Origin: Epiperipatus broadwayi
Lineage: Eukaryota; Animalia; Onychophora
Direction of reading: 5' to 3'
Assembly: GCA_028023455.1 (NCBI GenBank)
Contig: JAQFVV010000006.1
Location: forward strand, 11,718,001-11,782,000
DNA: 64,000 nt
Numbering within the stretch: the first letter of the stretch is position 1; the number at the start of each line of letters is the position of its first letter. The position numbers were made by a program, and so were the translations under genes. Under the pieces are notes generated by a model. That model was given only the letters and a program-made list of their open reading frames with translations. It made no database searches and had not been told where the DNA came from. Shown in pieces: positions 54,487 through 64,000 of this stretch.

Positions 54487-54616
54487 ATTTATTGGACTAT
54501 TTCCATCATCTAGTTATTGAGTATTGAATGTCTTTAGAAAAATTGAACTTCATTTAAATTTTGTAAAGACATTCAATACTCAATATTAGATGATAGAAAT
54601 AGTCCAATATATAAAT
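54487..54616. mobile_element. Short, internally deleted relative of the 52793-53192 foldback element
   Basis: Same termini (TATTGGACTATTTCCATCATCTA...GTATTGAATGTCTTTA) in inverted orientation. Confidence 0.7.
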
Positions 54617-54772
54617 ATCCCCAGGCTACTTTTTAGCCTGTAACTTTCATTAATGAAGAGCTTTGGATCTGAGAATATTGGATTAGACAGCATTAGATAG
54701 GGATTTATTAAGCACTATTGTGTGACATCTTAATTACTAAAGCTTACACTAGATGGCATAACTGATGAACAT
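54615..54772. mobile_element. Family-1 fragments adjoining the 5' end of the LINE
   Basis: GAGCTTTGGATCTGAGA, TAGATAGGGATTT and TAAAGCTTACACTAGATGGCATAAC blocks, as at about 15610. Confidence 0.55.
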
Positions 54773-54774
54773 TT

Positions 54775-56479
54775 TTGTTTGTAGTTACACAACTTATGGA
54801 GATGAGTAGGAATTCAGATAGATCGTTATATATGAGTTTTATAGATATAGAAAAAGCATATGATAGAGTAAATAGAAATAGATTATGGGTAAGGTTAGCC
54901 AATTTGGGAATGGATGAAGCTTTAGTAAATAGTATTAAGAAATTATATGAAAACAATTATTATACTTACCAATTAGGGGATATAGAATCAGTTAAAGTTA
55001 AAAATAGGATGGGATTAAGGCAAGGATGCCCTATGTCACCGATTTTGTTTTTGTTGTTTTTGAGTGAAATGGAGAAAGCAATAGAAAGACTAGGAAGAGG
55101 GGTAGAGATATCGTTAATAGGTGGCAAAGGAGTATATACTTTGTCGGGTCTTTTTTTTTGCAGATGATATCTTTTTATGTGCAGAAAGAAGAGAAGATAT
55201 GGATATTATGTTGAGGACATGTGCAAGGGTGGGTAAAGAGATGGGGATTAAATTTAGTGAAGAAAAATCAAATATAATGATTGTTAATACTGGGGAAACA
55301 GAGGATGTAGATTTTTTATTGGGGGATATAAAGTTAAGTTTGGTGGATAGATATAGGTATTTGGGAATCATCTTATGTAATCAGGAAAATTGCTTGGATA
55401 ATGGGAGAAAAAATGGGTAAATGAAGCAAAGAAAAGAAAGGGTTTGGTAAAGAAACTAACAGTATTTTCATATAATAAATATGATGTAGCTAGAATTGTA
55501 TGGAAGGGAGTTGTAGTAGCAGGGTTAACATATGGTAATGATGTGTTATGTGTTAATAAATGAGTATTAGATTACTTAGAGAAAGTACAAAGGGAAGTAT
55601 TAAGACATGCATTAGATGCAGAGATGTGGACAGCAAAGGAGGCAATTCAAGGAGAAATGGAATGGCCAAGTTTCTATATGAGAGATGCAAAAAGTAAAAT
55701 GAAAATGTTTGGTAAGTTGCAGTTTATGGATAGTAAAAGAATAGCCAAAATACTGTTTAATTGGGTTATGAGCAATAACAAGATGGAAGGTAATGCGGTA
55801 TGCAAAAGATTTGGATAAAGAATTTATATCAGTATACTTGTATAAAAGGTGGATGATTGTGTTAGGAGGATTGTTGAGTATTATAGTGGTAAGGAATGGG
55901 ATAAAAGAATAGAAGCATTAATAAAAAATAGGGAGTTGGAGAGATGGAGAAGTAGTATTGAGGGTAAGAAGAGTTTAAATATATATAGAAGTAAGCGGGA
56001 TATTGGAAGTGAGTTGATTTATGATAATAGTAAGGAAAGTAGTTTATTGTTTAAGGCTCGAACAGGAACTTTAGCAACAAGAGAATATACATGTAAATGG
56101 AAAACTATGGGAGATTTAGTGTGCAAATTGTGTAAGGAAGGTATAGAAAATATTAGGCATCTGTTGATTGAATGTAAATGCTTGAAAGCAGAAAGGGTAC
56201 AGATAATGAAGTTGTGGGAGAATAGGTATGAACAAAGTGACTATACAGAAAGTGAGTTATTAGTTTTTATGCTGGGTTTGCGAAAAGATAAGGGGGATTT
56301 AGATTTAAAGGCCATAGAGTTGACAAAGATTATGTTGTGGAAATGGGATGGGGCAGAGTATGGGAGGACTTAGAGTGGGGAATGGAAAATAAAGTGGCTA
56401 ACAGGTTTATCTGGGCATAATTGCTGAGATATTCTTGACTTTGTTTAAGGAGAAGCCAAATACATCACATCACATCACT
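54775..56479 (+). mobile_element. 5'-truncated non-LTR retrotransposon: reverse transcriptase plus C-terminal CCHC, disrupted
   Basis: RT motifs FIDIEKAYDRV, GLRQGCPMSPILF, FADD, YRYLG; C-terminal CKLC...HLLIEC. Frameshifts near 55155 and 55420 and an in-frame TGA near 55561; (ACATC)3 tail at about 56462-56478. Clade not resolved. Confidence 0.92.
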
Positions 56480-57499
56480 AAACTGGGGTCATATGATGTC
56501 TTATTGATTTTATATTAATACTTACTGTATTTGACAATCCTTTTGGTTAATCATCACTTATTATTTATGCTTTTACCTCTAAAATTTGCATCTAATATTT
56601 TTATATTTCAAGCATAATTATGCAGAATTGAATAAAAAAAAATTGCCAATGGCTTCTATGGATATTACGAACAATTAGTTGAGTGGTTAATAAAGAATTG
56701 TCATATCATTACATATATAAAGAGTTATCTATATATTTGATTTTTAATAAGTTGAAAGTGAAATCTGAGATTAAAAGAAATAATGTGACGTAATAAAATG
56801 TGATTTGTATTTATAAATTTATGTACAAGGTAAAATCCCAAAAATGTAAAATGTCAACAAATCAAAATTTTAGACAACTATCAGTTTTATTATTAACTAT
56901 ACTTATATATAATTTTTAATTATGGTTACTGATTGATTTCAAATAGAATAATAACATCACAGACAGAAAAGCATAATTTTATTCTTAATAGATATAAAAC
57001 AAATTATCTGTAGAGATTTTAAATGTTTTCAGAATGTTAGATTTGTTGCGAATTTGATCTAATGTTATATTAATAGTTATTTCCGGTTTCCACGTTTTAT
57101 AAAATGGTAACATCGCAGTCAGAATAACATTTTATACTTATTAGATACAAAACAAATTATTTTATGTAGGCATTTAAAGTTTTGAGATTTTATTCTATCG
57201 GGATTTTTGCTGAAGGACTTGCAACTATGAGTTATGCTGGGATAAACCAATTAAAGAGCATCGTTGCAAAAAAATGTTTGGCTAAAATATGACATTTAAA
57301 GATAATTTTGTGTAGTGTACATCAAATCAATAATAAGCAACTGTCTAAGATATTTGAGTAGTTATATTTGACTTGATCTAATTGAAATATAAGAGGAATA
57401 AAGCAATGAAATATCACATGACTAGCTTATATATTGTGGTATTTAGTAGCATACTGTTTTACCTTTACACCATTCATTGTAAACTGTATAAAACAGTGA

Positions 57500-57660
57500 C
57501 AGTGCTTTTCTATCCAAAACCACAGACTAGTTTCAAGCTTATGGTTCTCATCAATGAGGAGCTTTGGATTATGGAATTGTGCAACTGGACCATTGGGATG
57601 TAATATCCCTTTCGTTTAGCTCACATCATTTACCTTTATGTTATACTATCGAGCTACCAG
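57500..57660 (-). mobile_element. Family-1 fragment
   Basis: CAGACTAGTTTCAAGCTTATGG...CATCAATGAGGAGCTTTGGAT block. Confidence 0.65.
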
Positions 57661-57820
57661 AAAACTGAAGGCATATAAATATTTTAAATCTATTGTCATA
57701 TAGAAAAGAATCCAGAGCCGTTTCTCTATATCTTGGTATTCTTAGTTTTTAATAAAGTAACTTTATCGTGAGGCCGGAATTTGATAAAAGCCAATAAAAT
57801 ATCAAATGATGAATCACCTG

Positions 57821-57874
57821 ACTTTAGTATACCTATAGCTGTTTTACACTTTAGTATACCTATAGCTGTTTTAC
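57821..57874. repeat. Exact 27-bp tandem duplication
   Basis: ACTTTAGTATACCTATAGCTGTTTTAC twice. Confidence 0.9.
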
Positions 57875-57966
57875 TAGCATAATTTTTTACCTTTTTTATG
57901 CTACTTATTGTAAGCTTTAGATAGAAAGGGATAGTTGCCAAATAACTGTTTAATAAATCCCTATTC

Positions 57967-58360
57967 TAAACAAAGGCAAAACTCTTCATACAGTAGTGCC
58001 ACCCTGTGCTAAACAGAGTAATCAATGGATGCCAGAAGGCTTGTGCATAAAATCCCTATCTAGTGCCTACTCATCCAATATCCCCAGACTAGTTTCTGGC
58101 TGCTGGAGGGTTGCATTAGATCCTAAAATCTAGGTGCAGTGCTCTCAGATCCAAGGCTCCTCACTGATGATGACCACAAGCCAGAAACTAGTCTGGGGAT
58201 ATTGGATGAGTAGGCACTAGATAGGGATTTTATGCACAAGCCTTCTGGCATCCATTGATTAGTCTGTTTAGCACACGGTGGCACTACTGTATGGAGAGTT
58301 TTGCCTTTGTTTACAACAATTATGTGCTAGTATAGAGATGGTGATCATGTGATGTTTAGT
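57967..58360. mobile_element. Youngest family-1 foldback copy: 135-bp arms (57967-58101 / 58179-58313) with 3 mismatches
   Basis: Direct arm-to-arm comparison; the terminal motif GGTGATCATGTGATGTTTAG lies at about 58340-58359. Confidence 0.85.
58158..58199 (+). ncRNA. Minimal type-I hammerhead ribozyme motif (family 1)
   Basis: Stem I UCCUCA/UGGGGA, core CUGAUGA (58164-70), stem II UGAC/GCCA with one mismatch, GAAA (58184-87), palindromic loop CUAG, then UC. Predicted cleavage after C58193. Confidence 0.65.
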
Positions 58361-58384
58361 GGTTTAAATCCCTATTCTGTGATT

Positions 58385-58535
58385 TTTTATCCAAAATTCC
58401 CAGACTAGTTTTAAGCTTGTGGCATTATAGTGAGTAACTTTGGATTTTGGAACAATGCAACTGGACCTTTAGGATCTAATCCATCTTATCTCCAGATCCC
58501 ATCATTTATCTTTATGTTATACTATCAAGCTTAAA
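58385..58535 (-). mobile_element. Family-1 fragment
   Basis: CCCAGACTAGTTTTAAGCTTGTGGC...GGACCTTTAGGATCTAAT...CCATCATTTATCTTT. Confidence 0.6.
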
Positions 58536-59361
58536 ACTGTAAATACTATACTGCTAGAAAATTTATTTAATACTTAAAATAGTGAAACAGGAAATAACAT
58601 TCGTAATGACTTTAATTTTTACTTTATTTTGAATAATCTTGCAATTTTGTTTAAGTCTCAATTAAATATGTAATATTATTGATTTGCCTTATTTTATAAC
58701 CAATATAAGTTGAAAGATATGAAAAAATATTAATATTTTATTTGTTAATAGTTTGTTATTTCCCTAAATAATTTTTGATATATTTATATTGTACACATCA
58801 CCAGTAAAAATTTGTGAGAATGTTTATAACTTAAGATAATAATAGATAATTGATTATTAAACTACAATAATTTATTTTGGGTATTCATCTTTTTGATCAT
58901 AAGTGAAGTAATAGTATTTATTCAGTATGCTAGTATGAATCACAATAAAAAAAAATTTTAAAATTAAAATAATAATATTTTTATTTTGATAAAGTCTAAA
59001 GTTTATGTTTCTGATATATTTTTAATTAATGTGATATTTTAATGTAATTTTTTTGAAAATTTTTTATTTTTAGAATTTATATTTACAAAACAATAATGCT
59101 ATGAATTTTCTTTTAGCTTAATACTGAATCACTACACGCATATATAAACTTATATTGCGATATTTCTAATGTGAATAGGAATGACCACACATATGGTATC
59201 TATGAATATAAATTAAAAAGTTTAATTTCTCATACCTACATGAGTGTACTCAACTTTTAAACCAGTATGCATGCAGTCATAGAGGATTTAGAAATTTAAA
59301 TTTAGTTTGCCATATTCTGAGAAATATTGAGATTTGGACAATTAATAGAAAAGTAATACAG

Positions 59362-59720
59362 AGACTTCAGACCACTCAAAGAAGTATGAGGAAATACATA
59401 TTAGGAATAACAAAAAGTGGAAAAACCCAGTATATAGATAAGAAAACAAATAGGTGTTACTGACATTGTTGAAAGAATTAAAAGACTGAAGTGGAGTTGA
59501 GCTGGATGTATTGCTAGAAGAGAAGATAATAGATGGATAATTGAAATCTCACTGGAGTCCAAGAGATTGTGAAAGACCCAGAAAGAGACCACATGTGAGA
59601 TGGGTGGATGAAATAAGAGAGGGTGCAGGAGTGATTTTGAGAAGAGAGGTTAGAGATCAGATAAGATGGTTTGAACTTGGAGAGACCTTTATCCTCCAGT
59701 GGATTGAAAATAGTTGATGC
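59362..59720 (+). mobile_element. RTE-clade LINE 3' fragment (decayed), same family as 35073-35345
   Basis: RIKRLKWS*AGCIARREDNRW...RWVDEIRE...FILQW. Confidence 0.78.
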
Positions 59721-59895
59721 TGATATTGCGAGACACCAGTCTGATGTCTATTTTACCAAGTCATTTGCTTATGAGATCACGAATACCAGTGAGAAATGCT
59801 GAGAATTAATTTATGGATTATTTAAGAAGTATAATCACAAAAAAATAAAGTCAGATATCACATGACCTAATTTAACAAGCTTGTACAGTATTACA

Positions 59896-60174
59896 AATGT
59901 TATATATAGAGCTCGCAAATAAGCTCTTAATAAGCTTTGCAGAATATCCCCAATCCCACACTGGTTTCTGCTACTGGCGTCCTCAGTGAGGTGCTAGGAT
60001 ATCCTAGCACTTCACTCTATTAGATAAAGTGCCGGGCTTGTCCTGGTATTTTTAATCTAATGCTTGAACATCCTAGCACCTCACTGAGGATGCCAGTAGC
60101 AGAAACTGGTGTGGGGTTGGGGATATTCTGCAAAGCTTGTTAAGAGCTTATTTGCGAGCTCTATATATAACATT
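59896..60174. mobile_element. Family-2 foldback element: 105-bp arms (59896-60000 / 60070-60174), 5 mismatches
   Basis: Direct arm comparison; related fragments at about 54200-54290. Confidence 0.88.
60078..60117 (+). ncRNA. Hammerhead-like motif with G at the cleavage position (probably inactive)
   Basis: ACCUCA-CUGAGGA-UGC[CAGUA]GCA-GAAA-CUGG-UG-UGGGGU. Confidence 0.5.
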
Positions 60175-62489
60175 AAGAAGTATAAATAAATTGATATGTG
60201 TTTAGCATTGAACATCATGTTAAGAAAAGCAATAAATATTTGATATCAATGCATATAAATCATTATGACAGTTTTCTGGCTAATTGAATTTCTGCAAGTC
60301 CATAAATAATATTATTGTTCAATGCTTATTTTTGTTTTATATTTTTTTTCGTTAATCAAAAAGTTATAGATGATTACAATTGTCTTATTGCTAAGGTCAT
60401 TTATTGAGCTAGCCAATGCCTTAAGAATTGGAAATTACAAGTTATTAACTTGAATAGCATAAAAAGAATGAAGCTAGCCATAGACTAATCCCTGAAACCT
60501 TTGTAAAAATTGGCATTATTTTTGCTCAACAGAGGTCATTTAATTAAAAATTAATCATAGGAGATTTTTTTTTTTGGATTGCCATCGTGGAATTCCCAGT
60601 GTTTGTATAACTCGGTTGAGTAAAGGTGTATTTATTATTTTCAGTGCAGATTGAAGTAAATTTAGAGTTAATTTATCTTTAGATAGTTTTTCTATTTCAT
60701 CTTTGCAAATAAAAACAACTTTTTATTGAAGAGCATTTAATCATTCAATGTTAAGTAATTTGTAAAATTGTAATATTTCTCTTTTAAAATATGGTGTTTT
60801 TTAATACTTTTATTGCTTATCGTTTTAGACGTATTTGTGTTAATACATCAAACACAGCGTTTATATGTGTATTTAATGTTTGAAGATTCATAATGACTTG
60901 TATTTTACTTTTATTTAAAAGTCTATTTCCATGATTCAGTTGAATTATTAATCTTTTTTTTTTTTAAAAAAAAAATCTCAACTTTTTAAAGACATTCTAA
61001 ATACATTTAACTTTTAATAGCACACATGATAGTACTGTATATAACATAATACTAACTCATGTACTCTTATTGACAGTTAAATGTAATTTGGAAAGGTTTA
61101 AATAAAGTTTGTATTTTTTTTTTTAAAAATTAACATTTAATGAATTGATGGAAATAAATAGTTCAACTTATAATTAAAATCTTGTGCATGTGTGTACATA
61201 TAATAATTTGAAGTTCTTCCATTATTCTGTAAGTATTACAAAGACATTATAACAGAGTTTATACTTTAAATTTCAAAATTGGAATTTAGTATACTTTCAC
61301 CGACTTAATATCATACTTATGTTATCAACATTATAAGAAATTGCTGTTAATAAACATTAAAAAAATTCCATTGTTTTTTTATTGAATGCTATTGGCTGTC
61401 TGATTCATCTCGTGTTTTTTTTGTGCAATAAATCACACATAGTTGATTTTTCTTCTTTCTATCATTTCTTTCTTCACAAATAACTTCAATCTTACTTGGA
61501 TCAAGCCCATGACTGTGTGTTTTTTTTGTCATTATAAAATGCTGATATATATGTATATATGAGCAGTCCTAGACATGAGTGATTTTTTGTTTCTAAGACT
61601 CATTTGATCTAATCACTAGTATAGAACATTTATTTATTAAACAGTATATTGGGGTCAAGTATTCAACTATACTAGAGTTACAGATACATACATTTAGTTT
61701 AGTTTTCAGATCCAGGAATAAATGAGCTTCTGTTTATGAGCTGTTTAGCATTGAAGGAAGTTAATCTTATTTACTAAGTCGATTCTTTTTACTGTCTAGA
61801 TAACTAATTGTTTGTTAATTGTCACCTAAAATAATAAACATGTATATGAAAAAGATTTTATCTATATAAAATCATAATAAAAATAAATAATTAATGGACA
61901 TTTTATTTATATTATTATATATATAAAATATTAAGGTTAACAAATTATAAGTATAATAGTATTTAATTATATACATAATGTTCCAAAATTCAGCAAAATC
62001 AATTCTATCTTTACTCTTACTAAACATTTGATTTGAAGTGAAAGTCAAACTAATGTTTTTTTTACAATGGAAAAAAATAAATAAAATGAATATCTTTATG
62101 TTTTAGATGATAACTGTTTATATTTCAGTTGGGTTTTTTTTTTTTGTTTAATTTTTAATTTTATTAATTTATAAAAGTTTTATATATTTGTATATTAATG
62201 GTTTTAAAAGAAATACCATCAAGTGTAATTTTTTATTATGTTTTTAATTCCATGCATGATTTCTTCTTCACATGAAGTTTATTTGTGAACTGGTTTATAA
62301 AGAAATATACAATCAAATGATCTGGTATATCCAAAAAATTCTAATTAAGTTATTATAATTTGAATAATCATCATCATTAGAAACCATAGGCTCAATGCAC
62401 ATATGAAGCAATTCTCAGTAATATCCCCTGTAGCATGTTTTTCAAATGTTAATTTTTTTTGTCGTTGTCTGTTTTCTTGTTACCTGCAT

Positions 62490-62880
62490 TTTTCAGTTAG
62501 GATATTGACATTGTCTAGTTCATTTTCACCAGTTTGGTTTTTTCTCTTTTTATTTTTTTTCTAAGCACTGTCATCTTTGTTTGGCCTTCATTAAAAGTCT
62601 TTGATGTTGGTTTCATTGTTTCTTTATTCTATTCTATTCTCACTATATCATCTGCATATCTTGCAGTTCTTTTGTTTTCCATAAGATTTCACATAGATTT
62701 TTCCCAGTCCATATGGTTTAGTACTCAAATGCTTACAGATGCTTTTAGAAGATACTGCCACAATTTTAGAATTATAGTGATAATAGAATTTTCAAATCTA
62801 CCAGTTTTCAATGTAGACAAATTTTCTTACAATCTTCAAATCAGAGAGGCAAGCAAAGTTGTTTAAAGTGTTCACAAGAC
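62490..62880 (-). mobile_element. Decayed LINE reverse-transcriptase fragment
   Basis: Minus strand reads RYADDIV, with YADD at 62647-62658; the surrounding frames are broken. Confidence 0.5.
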
Positions 62881-63029
62881 CAAACAATTTATTACATGAC
62901 CTTAGCTTATACTTTTGCTATTCATTAGCAAATTTTTTATTATTACCATATTTATATCATCCATGCAAGCCTCAATAATTGGTAGATAGATAAGGTAAGG
63001 TGTAATAAATCTTGATTCAGTATTGTTCT

Positions 63030-63310
63030 TATCCCCAGATAAGAATCTAGCTTGTGGTTTTCATCAAATAAGCTTAGATTGAAAAAAATAAAAACTTTTT
63101 CCAGTTTGGGTTGGTAGCTTGATAGTGTAACAAAAAGTAAAAAAAAACAAACAAGCTGTTAGAGGAAGATCCAAATGTACAATTTGAAAAAAATCCAAAA
63201 ACTCCTCTGTGAGAAAAGCTGTTAGCTAGAAACCAGTCTGGAAATATTTGGATAGGATAACACTGGATAAATTTATTAAGAACTACAATCTAGCAGTCAT
63301 ATATTGATTA
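63030..63310. mobile_element. Highly diverged family-1 foldback remnant
   Basis: CCCCAGAT...CTAGCTTGTGGTTTTCATC on the left and AGCTAGAAACCAGTCTGGAAATATTTGGATAGG on the right. Confidence 0.45.
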
Positions 63311-64000
63311 CTAAGATTTGCGTTAATATAAATGAGATGAGAATAAAAGAGTTTGCTAAGTGTTTCCATGCAGGCTATATTGACGCAGATTATTCTGTTG
63401 TTAAAAAAATGGGTAATGGGTAGCACGGTCCGCAATGATTCAAGATACCATCAGATACTTAAATAAATGTTAACACTACTGATGTCATATCTAGTCCATT
63501 ATGAATGATAGCAGCATATGTGTCTCACTGAATACAACTAATTTCAAGTTTTTCCTTAAATTCTTCTATTCTGATTATTAAAAAATTATCACAACTCGGT
63601 ACAAAATTTAGAGTAGCCGATGTCTCTGTTTTCTGAATCAGCTAACGGCCAAACTTTTCCGACTTAATCCTGATTAATGGTGTTGACCACATGTTAATCA
63701 AAGGAATTAGGAATGGGAACAATAATTGAAAATAAACTAATTTTGAACGTACGTTTAGTTCTCTGTTCGAAAGGAAATTTATTTTAATGATAATACTTGA
63801 TTATTATTGATAGTTTTTTATTATTTCCCACCAATTTATTAAACAAAAAAAGATAATCTAGATTTTAGTTTATAATTTTTGTAATTCCAGATGTTAGAAG
63901 TGCGCTAAGAATTTAGTTCTTTATTATGAAGTGGTTCAAGTCACCATTAATTTTTCGCGCTTTCTTATTTTAGTTAGATGGGCAAATTTGAAAAATGCTA

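Noticed and set aside
62534-62866. 110-aa hydrophobic + strand ORF
   Set aside because: Antisense to an A-rich decayed RT fragment; the apparent hydrophobicity reflects T-richness.

Overview
This is AT-rich animal genomic DNA, probably an arthropod and possibly a chelicerate (inference from the protein sequence). The window lies inside one + strand gene, neurofibromin (NF1). Ten exons (758-37656) splice into a continuous 481-codon frame covering the Ras-GAP domain (arginine finger LFRGNS, FLR and SK motifs intact) and the start of the Sec14/CRAL-TRIO domain. A candidate in-frame 27-nt microexon sits at 44321-44347, and I found no further constitutive exon before 64000. The introns contain decayed non-LTR retrotransposon pieces, a pogo/Tigger-like and a hAT-like non-autonomous DNA element, a 30 x 39-bp minisatellite, a tRNA-like pseudogene and many foldback elements. 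The most notable signal is that the most abundant repeat family, and several unrelated palindromic elements, carry minimal type-I hammerhead ribozyme motifs (CUGANGA...GAAA-palindromic loop-UH) of the kind known from Penelope-like elements and retrozymes. All alignments were done by eye; no searches or folding programs were run.
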